Position numbers and translations under genes: made by a program | Sequence record: PP892525.1 | DNA length: 64,000 nt | Reading direction: 5' to 3' (one strand) | Origin: Escherichia phage vB_EcoS_I14 | Shown: positions 29,728-38,024 of the stretch, in pieces | Layout: each line of letters begins with the position of its first letter | Numbering within the stretch: position 1 is the stretch's first letter | Notes under the pieces: generated by a model | The model's input: only the letters and a program-made list of their open reading frames with translations | Databases searched by the model: none | Told to the model about the DNA's origin: nothing

Positions 29728-30243
29728 ATGGCTAAGCAGAAAAACGCAAAAACTCAAGCAGCTCCGGCAGTTAAAACTTTCCCACAGACCGAGGCTAATC
29801 GCAAAGCTCGTCTGGAACGCCACCTGCGTAAGCATCCTACCGATGCTCAGGCTGCGCAAGCACTGAATAGTCCGGCTCCGATTCGTCAGAAGCCTAAAGC
29901 TAAAAATGCCACCCGTAAATCCTACAAAATGGTTATGTATGTAGAAAATTACGGCCACAAATCTGTCTCAGTTTCCCTGAGCTTTAACGCTGGGGCTGAA
30001 TTGTTCTCTCGTAATGGTATGTCCATGAAAGACTATGAGAAAGCAGTTAACCAGAAGCGTAAACCAACAGCAGATGTATTACGTGATACTCGTGGACAGT
30101 TTGGTTCTGTTAAGCCAAATATCTTTGGCGTAGAGTATAGTAAAGATAATGTTCGTGCTCTGTGTTACGGTGTAGGCATTAAGTTCACTGGTGATTCTGC
30201 TCGTAAATCTGCTAAACCAGCTCGCAAGCGTAAAGCGAAGTAA
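29728..30243 (+). CDS. hypothetical basic (Lys/Arg-rich) protein
   Basis: 171 aa; RBS AAGGAAA. Confidence 0.5.
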   Translation: MAKQKNAKTQAAPAVKTFPQTEANRKARLERHLRKHPTDAQAAQALNSPAPIRQKPKAKNATRKSYKMVMYVENYGHKSVSVSLSFNAGAELFSRNGMSMKDYEKAVNQKRKPTADVLRDTRGQFGSVKPNIFGVEYSKDNVRALCYGVGIKFTGDSARKSAKPARKRKAK

Positions 30244-30307
30244 TAGATAAATAGGGGCAGAAGCCCCTACAATCTACTAATTCTCTAACTAATCAAGGAT
30301 ATTTTTT

Positions 30308-30523
30308 ATGTTCTCTAAGAAACCACGTTCTGTTACTGAAATCGTTGCTTCCTTTACCACTATCACTGATGAGCTTCAAGCTCGTATTGAGGCTGATCAA
30401 AAAATTGCTGCGGATATTCAGAAACAGCAGGAAGAACTCGCTTTAAAGTTGGCTGAAACCAACAAGAGTGAAAAATCTGCCCAAACTATTATGGAAAATA
30501 TCTTTAAACTGCTGGGCAAGTGA
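30308..30523 (+). CDS. hypothetical protein (71 aa)
   Basis: ORF flanked by two GNRA-type hairpins. Confidence 0.45.
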   Translation: MFSKKPRSVTEIVASFTTITDELQARIEADQKIAADIQKQQEELALKLAETNKSEKSAQTIMENIFKLLGK

Positions 30524-30564
30524 TTTAAATCAGGGGGCGAAAGCCCCTCTTATTTGGAGAAACT

Positions 30565-30801
30565 ATGCGTAATTTTGTAGCAAAGAATGATTTTAACCGT
30601 GCTAGCACTCATAAGTCCGCTAGAGATTATACACGACTTTCTAGTCATGAGGTAATGGATACCTGTTATGAAGAGCTGGAAGGTAGCTGGAATGAATGGC
30701 CCGGCCTCTCTATGGAAGAGAACTGGGATGTCAGTGAGGATATGCTTCCTGGTTTTAAAGACCCCAAGAAGTGGGAGTCTATTAAAGAGACAGCTCTTTA
30801 A
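30565..30801 (+). CDS. hypothetical protein (78 aa)
   Basis: ORF. Confidence 0.45.
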   Translation: MRNFVAKNDFNRASTHKSARDYTRLSSHEVMDTCYEELEGSWNEWPGLSMEENWDVSEDMLPGFKDPKKWESIKETAL

Positions 30802-30829
30802 TAGTTTTCTACACAATAAAGGATAAGTT

Positions 30830-31531
30830 ATGAAAGTAAAACCATTTGGTATGCTAGATATTGAATCTCTAGGAACTCCAGGAGATTGTGGTACTACTCA
30901 TATCGCAATGCCTTCTTTCGCTTTTGTGGCTATGCATGGAATTGATAAAGACCCTGATCTAGTATTTGTTACCTTAGATGTACAAGATCAACTTAATTCT
31001 GGTGCCAAAGTTACAGCATCTACTCTAGCATTCTGGATGGATCAGGCTAAACATAGCCCGTCTGCTATCCACATTATGGAAGCTATGAATGAGCGTAATC
31101 CAAAACTGATTGCCTTCCAAAATGGTAAACATCATTGCACTAATAAACTTGGCTCTAACCATGCTGCCTTCTCTATGGCTCAAAATATTATGGAGTTGGC
31201 TCTAGGTGAAAATGCTTTGTACTATGGCAATGGCCCAGAGTTTGATATGACTATCTACTCTGCAAACACTTTCCATGCTGGAACCAATGAAGAAATAGTT
31301 CCGTGGAAATTCTGGAACTTGGGTAATGTTAGATCTCTTCGTAATCTCTGGATGCAAACTGGCTATAGTTATAAAGCTCTAGAAACCGAAGGTATTAGCT
31401 GGGCAATAGCTAAAATGGAGAAGATGGACACCATTCGTTATGGGATCTATCCGGTTAAGCACGACCCAGCATTCGATGCCCTAGTTGAGAGCTATTGTGT
31501 TGCAGCTATGATCGAAAAAATGAAAATTTGA
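30830..31531 (+). CDS. putative DEDDh-type 3'-5' exonuclease (DnaQ-like fold)
   Basis: Exo I-like FGMLDIESLG; C-terminal H-x4-D in KHDPAFDALVE. Confidence 0.55.
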   Translation: MKVKPFGMLDIESLGTPGDCGTTHIAMPSFAFVAMHGIDKDPDLVFVTLDVQDQLNSGAKVTASTLAFWMDQAKHSPSAIHIMEAMNERNPKLIAFQNGKHHCTNKLGSNHAAFSMAQNIMELALGENALYYGNGPEFDMTIYSANTFHAGTNEEIVPWKFWNLGNVRSLRNLWMQTGYSYKALETEGISWAIAKMEKMDTIRYGIYPVKHDPAFDALVESYCVAAMIEKMKI

Positions 31532-31532
31532 T

Positions 31533-31561
31533 TTGCTTCCGGCTCCAAAATTCTGTATAAT
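31533..31561 (+). promoter_or_regulatory. T5-type promoter: -35 TTGCTT, -10 TATAAT
   Basis: 17 bp spacer. Confidence 0.7.
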
Positions 31562-31601
31562 ATATTCATAAATTTGAGAAAACAATAAAAGGAAAACAAA
31601 T

Positions 31602-31784
31602 ATGCCAGTATCTAAAAATGTTCGTAAAAATGGTAAGAAAGCTACTCGTAATCTGGGTATCCGTCGTATGGCTGAACGTCAATCAGGTATCCAGAAAATC
31701 TTTGATCTGCTAAATCGTGCTAATCCTAAAATTGATAACAGTAACGATACTGTTCTGCGCACCCTGCTGGCAATTGGTCTGTAA
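31602..31784 (+). CDS. hypothetical basic protein (60 aa)
   Basis: RBS AAAGGAAA. Confidence 0.45.
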   Translation: MPVSKNVRKNGKKATRNLGIRRMAERQSGIQKIFDLLNRANPKIDNSNDTVLRTLLAIGL

Positions 31785-31837
31785 TAGACCAAATTTAAAC
31801 AAATTCAAATCTCAAACTTCATATAAGGAAGCAAATA

Positions 31838-32476
31838 ATGACTACTCGTATCTCTAAAACTCGCGCTCTGGCAACTATCAAATCTCTGGAAGCTAAAATC
31901 CGTAAAGCTACTGAACAACAGCTTCTGATCGCTGTTGGTGAAGGTAAGGATAAAAACCAGGTTGTAGTTGGCGCTGCAATCGAAGTAGATGCCCTGTCTA
32001 CTCGTATTAAAACTGATTTCCAATCTCTGCTGGATATGATGTCTCAGCGTGATCGTATTAAATCTGCTCTGATTAAGAGCAATGCAGAAACAATCGTTGA
32101 GATTGGTTCTCGTAAGATGACTGTTGCGGAAGCAATTGAAGCTAAGCGTTCTATGGAGCTTAAAGCTCAGCTGCTGGCTAACATGCGTAAGCAGTTCCAT
32201 GCCGCTACGGTTAAGTTTAATACGCAGAAAGCACAGTTTGATGCTAAATATGAGCGTTTGCAGGATAGCATGGCTACCCGCGATAAGAAAACTTCCGAAG
32301 ATGAAGTTAAAATGCAGCTCAATCTGCTGGAACTCAAGAATACTCCATTCTTGATTGATCCGCTGGAACTGGAGAAGCTGATTAAGCAGCATGACGAGGA
32401 ATACCAGGACTTTGCAACAAATGTTGACTTTGTTCTATCCGAGTCTAACGCCTCTACCTTCATTGAAGTAGAGTAA
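31838..32476 (+). CDS. hypothetical protein (212 aa)
   Basis: RBS AAGGAAG; minus ORF 31805..32392 is its shadow. Confidence 0.55.
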   Translation: MTTRISKTRALATIKSLEAKIRKATEQQLLIAVGEGKDKNQVVVGAAIEVDALSTRIKTDFQSLLDMMSQRDRIKSALIKSNAETIVEIGSRKMTVAEAIEAKRSMELKAQLLANMRKQFHAATVKFNTQKAQFDAKYERLQDSMATRDKKTSEDEVKMQLNLLELKNTPFLIDPLELEKLIKQHDEEYQDFATNVDFVLSESNASTFIEVE

Positions 32477-32859
32477 TAATTTAAAAGCTAGTAAATCGGT
32501 AGACGAAAGCCCAAGCATCTTACCTCGCAGCAGCGGTTGAAATACGAGGTTAAATAAGACCGCTGACCATACTATAAAGTATAATCTATTGGAGATTATG
32601 TTTATTACACCAGCCTTTTAAGCTGACACGTAAGAACAAAGCGTCGTTGATATTACCGACACAACTTCAAAGATCAACATTTAAGTATGAAAGCTGAAAA
32701 GTTTAAAGAACTCAAACTTCTAAACTTCTAAAGCTAAAAGATGCAAAGTATTCGTTGATGATTCAAACCCTAGATCAAAGGTACATGGCTCATAAGATAT
32801 GGCCTGTGGCGCCTCTAGGCTGTTTATCGGTTTACTAGTTTCACAATTTAAAAATGTAT

Positions 32860-32888
32860 TTGCTAATTTACTAAGTTATCTGTATAAT
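32860..32888 (+). promoter_or_regulatory. T5-type promoter: -35 TTGCTA, -10 TATAAT
   Basis: 17 bp spacer. Confidence 0.7.
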
Positions 32889-32918
32889 ATATTTTTAAAT
32901 TGATGAAACGAGGCTATT

Positions 32919-33236
32919 ATGACTTTTCATATTTTGATTGATGATGTGCGTAATCTTCACGGAATGGACATTATCATTCGAACCCCAGAAGCCGCTGTAG
33001 AGTTTCTGAATAAAACTGATACCACCGGCCATTTCGTTTATATGGATAATGACTTGGCTGTAGATGGTATGGAAGGTTATCAAATTCTTCGTTTACTCTT
33101 AGAATTTGGGCAGAGACCAAAGAAAGTGGTACTAGTAACCTCGAACCCAGTAGCTAAGCAAAATATGCGTAATGATTTGCTTGACTTAGGGTATAAAGAA
33201 AATCCCAATCGTGTTGAATATGATTGGCAGGAGTAA
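32919..33236 (+). CDS. small protein resembling a CheY-like receiver (REC) domain
   Basis: ILIDDV acidic pair, FVYMDNDLAVDGMEGY candidate phospho-acceptor loop, VVLVTS, later Lys; 105 aa. Confidence 0.45.
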   Translation: MTFHILIDDVRNLHGMDIIIRTPEAAVEFLNKTDTTGHFVYMDNDLAVDGMEGYQILRLLLEFGQRPKKVVLVTSNPVAKQNMRNDLLDLGYKENPNRVEYDWQE

Positions 33237-33241
33237 AAAGA

Positions 33242-33691
33242 ATGAAGGCAGCTTTGCTTTTAGTAGCTGCCCTTACCTTCAGCTTTAGTAGTCAGGCATC
33301 GCACGATGCAAAAGAAATAGATTGCATTGCTAAAAATATCTATTTCGAGAGTCGTGGTGAGGGCATAAAGGGAATGACGGCAATTGCACATGTTACTAAA
33401 AACCGTGTAAACTCCGGTAAATTCCCAGATTCCTACTGTAAAGTAGTATATCAGTCTAACCAGTTCTCTTGGGTATCTAAGAGACCAAAAGTTGATAAAA
33501 CTGATGAGGCTTGGCAAACCGCTAAGAATTTAGCTAGAGTGATATACTACGTTGATTTACCACAAGATCCTACACATGGAGCACTATACTTCCATAGTGG
33601 TAAAGATAAACCTTACTGGACAAAGAAATTTAAGAAAACAACTAAGATTAAGGGACATACGTTTTATAAACCTGTTGTCACTAAAACTTAA
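33242..33691 (+). CDS. secreted SleB-like cell-wall hydrolase domain protein
   Basis: signal peptide MKAALLLVAALTFSFSSQA; NIYFESRGEG and ALYFHSG resemble the SleB/Hydrolase_2 family. Confidence 0.55.
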   Translation: MKAALLLVAALTFSFSSQASHDAKEIDCIAKNIYFESRGEGIKGMTAIAHVTKNRVNSGKFPDSYCKVVYQSNQFSWVSKRPKVDKTDEAWQTAKNLARVIYYVDLPQDPTHGALYFHSGKDKPYWTKKFKKTTKIKGHTFYKPVVTKT

Positions 33692-33699
33692 AAATTTAC

Positions 33700-33728
33700 T
33701 TGCTTAAATACTTAAATTTCTGTATAAT
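33700..33728 (+). promoter_or_regulatory. T5-type promoter: -35 TTGCTT, -10 TATAAT
   Basis: 17 bp spacer. Confidence 0.7.
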
Positions 33729-33759
33729 ACTTCCATAAATTAATGAGAGGAAGCGAAAT

Positions 33760-33930
33760 ATGAAATCAGTTGTAATTATTGGTGTTAACACTCGCGGTAT
33801 TCGTACTACGAAAACTGTTAAAACTTCTAACGTTGCTGAGATCACTACGAACCCTAAAAAGTTTGATTTCGCCAAAGTCTCAGCAGTTATGACAGAACAA
33901 TCTTTTAACCAAGCATTGGGGATGAAATAA
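33760..33930 (+). CDS. hypothetical small protein (56 aa), below the ORF-track length cutoff
   Basis: ATG at 33760 after RBS GAGAGGAAG; stop overlaps next start. Confidence 0.4.
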   Translation: MKSVVIIGVNTRGIRTTKTVKTSNVAEITTNPKKFDFAKVSAVMTEQSFNQALGMK

Positions 33931-34364
33931 TGGGTACGAATATGATTCGTGTGCTGCGAGAATTAATTGAAAAAGCTCGCAAACACGGTGATACTGTGTC
34001 AGTCAAGCACCTTAGTACGATTTTAGGTGACTTACAACGAATTGATAAAGATTGCGTATCTAGACTAGAGTTTACTAACTGGATTAAATCACAGTTCAAA
34101 GCAATTGAGAGTACAATGACTTCTGCTGCAAAAGCAAATATCGAGTATACTCCAGATGCTGAATATCTCGACTTGTTAGCAGGTCTAGAGTATGAATATG
34201 CTCTAGAGCAGTTAACTGAAGTTCAGATTCGTGAGTATTTTGCAGAACTGGTTAAATTAAACCCAGGTATTACCAAAGCTCTATTAATGAAAACTATTAA
34301 GGCAGAATTTCCTGGACGTTATGACGGTAAAACAACTGCTTTGATTGCTAGTGAATTTTTCTAA
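33930..34364 (+). CDS. hypothetical protein (144 aa)
   Basis: ORF. Confidence 0.5.
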   Translation: MGTNMIRVLRELIEKARKHGDTVSVKHLSTILGDLQRIDKDCVSRLEFTNWIKSQFKAIESTMTSAAKANIEYTPDAEYLDLLAGLEYEYALEQLTEVQIREYFAELVKLNPGITKALLMKTIKAEFPGRYDGKTTALIASEFF

Positions 34365-34372
34365 AAATTCAC

Positions 34373-34401
34373 TTGCTAAATGCTTATAAATTCTGTATAA
34401 T
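34373..34401 (+). promoter_or_regulatory. T5-type promoter at the head of the tRNA array: -35 TTGCTA, -10 TATAAT
   Basis: 17 bp spacer. Confidence 0.7.
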
Positions 34402-34477
34402 ATATTCATAAATTAGAGAGTAATTTCTATCTAATTTATAAATAGTGGGGTGTGGAAATCACTTATGTAGTAACACT

Positions 34478-34549
34478 GCCGTCCTAGTATAATTGGTATT
34501 ATCAAGCCGTAACTGGTGGAAGATGTAGGTTCGAATCCTACGGTCGGTA
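34478..34549 (+). tRNA. tRNA-like element (degenerate; anticodon arm does not fold)
   Basis: canonical T arm GTAGG-TTCGAAT-CCTAC and acceptor GCCGTCC/GGTCGGT with mismatches. Confidence 0.35.
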
Positions 34550-35052
34550 AGAACTGGATAACTGATGCTTTTAACGTAAAAGCTTCCGAGGTTAGTTGCG
34601 CACTGCCTAAACCACGCGGTAGTTGGTTCCAGACTAACCAACCAGTCTGCTGAATAGTTTTATTACGATTTAACTATGTCCAGGCTAAAGAAGAACTTTA
34701 GAAGGTATTTCTAGGATAGTGAAGTTCTTTCTCCATATCGGAGTAGTTTTTCAAGCTATCCACAAAGTGGGAAATGCTGACATGAGAGATGTCACTAATG
34801 GTGCACAATAGCACAGGTAATTCGCGATAACTCCTGTTGAGTAGCAGCAAAAGGCGGGAAGTCATGACCCCAAGCCTAACCGAGTCCTCAATATACCGCA
34901 GGACATAACCACTAAGTCACCCTGACTTAAACTGGAAAATAATAGACGTTACTGTATTTTGTCTTGAAATACTTAATGAGTGAGACTTATGATTCTCCCG
35001 GTATCGTCTGTATTTTTAAGAGTTTTTACGAGAGTTCTTAAAAATACTTAAA

Positions 35053-35127
35053 CGGGGTGTAGTCTAATGGAGAGGCAGGAGTCTTCTAAATTCCTTTATG
35101 CAGGTTCGAATCCTGTCACCTCGGCCA
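35053..35127 (+). tRNA. tRNA-Arg (anticodon TCT)
   Basis: acceptor CGGGGTG/CACCTCG, anticodon loop CTTCTAA, T loop TTCGAAT, encoded CCA. Confidence 0.8.
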
Positions 35128-35161
35128 ATTTTATTAACTGTAACTAAAACAAAGGAAACAT

Positions 35162-36109
35162 ATGTTTAATACTAAAAATATGAAAGAATTGACTTCTGAG
35201 CAGAAAGTAATTCGTACTATTAAACGTTGGGGTATTGGTGCTATAGTTGGTTTAGCAGGTTTAATCCTAGCTTTTAATTCGTATACCATTGTTTCTGATG
35301 GTACGGTTAAAACCCAAACATTCCTGGGTAAAGTAGACCCTAATCCAGTATTACCTGGTTTCCATCTTGTAAACCCGTTTGCATCTTTCGATACTTTTAG
35401 TACAAAAGATATTGCTGTAAAATTAGATAAACTTCAGGTTCCTAGCCAGGATAAGTTTAAATCCACTGTTGACCTGACTGTTATGTTGCAGTTTGATGGT
35501 TCTAAGGCACCAATTAACCGTATTAACGCAGGTACTCAGGATCAAGCGTTAGACAAGTATGTAACTGAAAAATTACTGTCTACTATTCGTGAGTTTGGTA
35601 AGTCTGTACCTAAAGCACAAGATTTGTTTGATGCTAAAATTCAGGCTCAATTGCAAACCGCAATTCAACAAGAAGTTGAAGAGTATGCACGCCCATATGG
35701 TTACACAGTTAAGCAGGTATTCCTTCAGGATATTACTCTACCACCAGTAATCATGGAACAGGTACAGAATACCAAAGTTCGTGAAGAGCAAGTTAATGCT
35801 GCGAAAGCTGAATTGGCTCGTGTTGAACAGGAAGCACAGCAAAAAGTTAAACAAGCAGAAGCAGATCGTGAAGCTCGCAACAACCAAGCTATTGCTAATG
35901 AACGTGACGCAGATGCTAAACTGTACGCAGCTAAGAAAGAAGCTGAAGCTAACGCCGCACTGCAACGTACCATTACTCCTGAGATGATTCGTTGGAAACA
36001 ACTGGAAGTTGAGATGATTCGTGCTCAGAAATATCAAGGTGGTGTACCGCAGACTGTGGTTGGCACTGGCTATGATGGCCAAATGATTATGGATATGCGT
36101 AATAAATAA
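35162..36109 (+). CDS. SPFH/band-7 (prohibitin/HflC-like) membrane protein
   Basis: N-terminal TM helix GIGAIVGLAGLILAF, SPFH-like core, Ala/Glu/Gln-rich coiled-coil tail; 315 aa. Confidence 0.65.
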   Translation: MFNTKNMKELTSEQKVIRTIKRWGIGAIVGLAGLILAFNSYTIVSDGTVKTQTFLGKVDPNPVLPGFHLVNPFASFDTFSTKDIAVKLDKLQVPSQDKFKSTVDLTVMLQFDGSKAPINRINAGTQDQALDKYVTEKLLSTIREFGKSVPKAQDLFDAKIQAQLQTAIQQEVEEYARPYGYTVKQVFLQDITLPPVIMEQVQNTKVREEQVNAAKAELARVEQEAQQKVKQAEADREARNNQAIANERDADAKLYAAKKEAEANAALQRTITPEMIRWKQLEVEMIRAQKYQGGVPQTVVGTGYDGQMIMDMRNK

Positions 36110-36134
36110 TACCCGCACGTAACATCTGAAGTGA

Positions 36135-36170
36135 GCCCTGCGTTCCCTGGAGAGCGCAGGGCTTTTCTAT
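36135..36170 (+). terminator. rho-independent terminator
   Basis: 8 bp stem GCCCTGCG/CGCAGGGC followed by TTTTCTAT. Confidence 0.75.
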
Positions 36171-36205
36171 ATAATGTATTTGTAAATCTAACTAGGAGAT
36201 CAAAT

Positions 36206-36724
36206 ATGAATGTTGATGAGCTAATACAGCACCTCTTATCTAGGGGATTTGATACAGATAAATATCATTGCTGGTTAAGTCCGGAAGGATGGCTAACAGT
36301 CCCGTTGTATGACTTCTCTGGGATGTTGAGAGGCTATCAGACTTATAATCCTTCTGCTCCCAAAAGGCAGGGTAAGTGCCCATTTGAAGCTAAATATTTT
36401 ACCCATTCTACTACACAGTGTGTATGGGGGCTAGAAACTCTCAATGGAGATGAAAAAGTAGTATTGATTGCTGAATCTGTATTTAAGGCAGTTGCGTTAC
36501 ATAACGCTGGTTATCCCGCCCTAGCAATGTTGGGTTCTTCTCCGGGAAAAGCATTATTAAAGCAACTGAAATTACTACCTTTTAAATTGATAGCTATTGG
36601 TGACAATGATCCCGATGGTGAAAAATTTGCTAGAAAATTAAACGGCTTTGTTTCTCCCGTAGATGTGGATGAGATGTCTACCGAAAACTTGAAAAATTTT
36701 CTTGCTATGAAGCTAAATTTCTAA
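36206..36724 (+). CDS. small Toprim-domain protein
   Basis: VVLIAESVFKA (conserved Glu) and IAIGDNDPDGEKF (DxD); ATG at 36206 with RBS AGGAG. Confidence 0.5.
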   Translation: MNVDELIQHLLSRGFDTDKYHCWLSPEGWLTVPLYDFSGMLRGYQTYNPSAPKRQGKCPFEAKYFTHSTTQCVWGLETLNGDEKVVLIAESVFKAVALHNAGYPALAMLGSSPGKALLKQLKLLPFKLIAIGDNDPDGEKFARKLNGFVSPVDVDEMSTENLKNFLAMKLNF

Positions 36725-36730
36725 TATAAT
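36702..36730 (+). promoter_or_regulatory. T5-type promoter overlapping the 3' end of the Toprim ORF
   Basis: -35 TTGCTA 36702-36707, -10 TATAAT 36725-36730; tRNA-Ser begins 16 nt downstream. Confidence 0.65.
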
Positions 36731-36745
36731 ATATCTTATAAATTC

Positions 36746-36834
36746 GGAAGAATAGCATAACGGTATTGCAGCAGATTGCTAATCTGTCGGTTTGAAATAT
36801 AGCCTTGTGGGTTCGATTCCCACTTCTTCCGCCA
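36746..36834 (+). tRNA. tRNA-Ser (anticodon GCT), long variable arm
   Basis: acceptor GGAAGAA/TTCTTCC, anticodon loop TTGCTAA, T loop TTCGATT, encoded CCA. Confidence 0.8.
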
Positions 36835-36840
36835 GATTTT

Positions 36841-36918
36841 GGTTCTCAAGCTCATATGGTATGAGCACCCGGCTCATAACCGGAAGGTACGTAGGTTCGA
36901 ATCCTCGGGGAGCCACCA
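36841..36918 (+). tRNA. tRNA with anticodon CAT (Met, fMet or Ile-lysidine)
   Basis: anticodon loop CTCATAA; acceptor GGTTCTC/GGGAGCC; T stem imperfect. Confidence 0.6.
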
Positions 36919-37134
36919 ATTAAATAGAGGTCACAAATGGATCTATATATATAGTTTATGTTGTGTTTATCCAAGATAGAGAATACCCGGATGAATATAA
37001 AAAAGGATATAGGTTAGCCAGAGCTACTTCTGAAGCCCAAGCTATGGATAAAGTGGCAGATTATATGATTACAGTAGAAAACGTACACTATATCGACTAC
37101 CTTGAAGCCTCAAAAGTAATTGACTAAACTACAT

Positions 37135-37211
37135 GGGGGTGTAATCGAATTGGCATAGGTACTGGACTTAAAATTCAGGTTTTGTGGGTTCGAATCCCAC
37201 CACCCCTACCA
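37135..37211 (+). tRNA. tRNA with anticodon TAA on a short-variable-loop scaffold
   Basis: acceptor GGGGGTG/CACCCCT, anticodon stem CTGGA/TTCAG with loop CTTAAAA, T arm GTGGG-TTCGAAT-CCCAC, CCA; D arm weak. Confidence 0.55.
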
Positions 37212-37226
37212 AATTAAGGAAATAAG

Positions 37227-37394
37227 ATGTATAGACATCCACCTCCGCCAACACGTCGTTCTAGAGAAGTTATCCTCATGGAATTAACTAAAAACTTCAA
37301 GGCAACTCTTGAAGATAGAGATCTAGGCACGGATGAAGACATTGATTTTATTTGTAGACTACTAAAGATGAAACTGGAGAAACAACATGGCTAA
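37227..37394 (+). CDS. hypothetical small protein (55 aa), below the ORF-track cutoff
   Basis: ATG at 37227 after RBS AAGGAAA; stop overlaps next start (ATGGCTAA). Confidence 0.4.
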   Translation: MYRHPPPPTRRSREVILMELTKNFKATLEDRDLGTDEDIDFICRLLKMKLEKQHG

Positions 37395-37593
37395 TCCTGA
37401 AATTACCGCACAACGTTTCATGCTTAAAGGCATGATTGCTGAAGCAGGTATGACTCAAGAGGTTGCAGACTTTCATAAGCAAATTCTTGATATTATAACT
37501 CTAGCTAAAGAGACTGGAGAAAAAGAGCACGCAGCAGCAATTATGGCTATATCTCTTATTAGTCTAGACTTGGCTGAAGAATCTGGAGTTTAG
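37387..37593 (+). CDS. hypothetical protein (68 aa)
   Basis: ORF. Confidence 0.45.
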   Translation: MANPEITAQRFMLKGMIAEAGMTQEVADFHKQILDIITLAKETGEKEHAAAIMAISLISLDLAEESGV

Positions 37594-37623
37594 CTCCTCC
37601 AAACAGAATTTTTAAAAATGTAC

Positions 37624-37653
37624 TTGCCTTTTGCTTTAAATTTCTGATATAAT
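37624..37653 (+). promoter_or_regulatory. T5-type promoter: -35 TTGCCT, -10 TATAAT
   Basis: 18 bp spacer; RBS AAGGAG before 37684. Confidence 0.6.
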
Positions 37654-37683
37654 AGTTATATAAATTGATGAAGGAGTTAACGA

Positions 37684-37959
37684 ATGCAAAATCGTGTTGT
37701 AGCAGCTGGTATTGAAAGTGCAATCTGTAAATCCTGGGAAGGCTGGGAAGGTGAGATTGAATGGCTTTATTTCTACGATGTAGAACTTCTTCCAGAAGTT
37801 AAAGCTAAATGTGTTGAAGCTGGCATGGCTCCAGATGCAAAAGCTGATATTGATATTTCAATGTCTGAACTTAAAGGTCGTGTAATTACTGTTGGTGATG
37901 AGGGCGAAGAAGTTTTCGAACTTCCGTTCTCCTTAACTGTCACTCCTAAGTTCGACTAA
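37684..37959 (+). CDS. hypothetical acidic protein (91 aa)
   Basis: ORF. Confidence 0.5.
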   Translation: MQNRVVAAGIESAICKSWEGWEGEIEWLYFYDVELLPEVKAKCVEAGMAPDAKADIDISMSELKGRVITVGDEGEEVFELPFSLTVTPKFD

Positions 37960-37995
37960 CTAATACAGCACTGAGCAAGTTCTTTAAAATTTGAC

Positions 37996-38024
37996 TTGCT
38001 CAGTGCCTTAAAACTTGGTATAAT
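37996..38024 (+). promoter_or_regulatory. T5-type promoter: -35 TTGCTC (overlapping TTGACT), -10 TATAAT
   Basis: 17 bp spacer; drives tRNA-Tyr. Confidence 0.6.

Noticed and set aside
31805-32392. 195 aa minus-strand ORF
   Set aside because: Antisense to the promoter- and RBS-supported plus ORF 31838..32476; repetitive translation.
34459-34641. Minus-strand ORFs 34459..34641, 41041..41307 and 42207..42407 in the tRNA array
   Set aside because: They run antisense across tRNA genes and have no expression signals.
35725-36118. ORFs on both strands inside the SPFH gene
   Set aside because: Ala/Glu-rich coding sequence generates spurious open frames.
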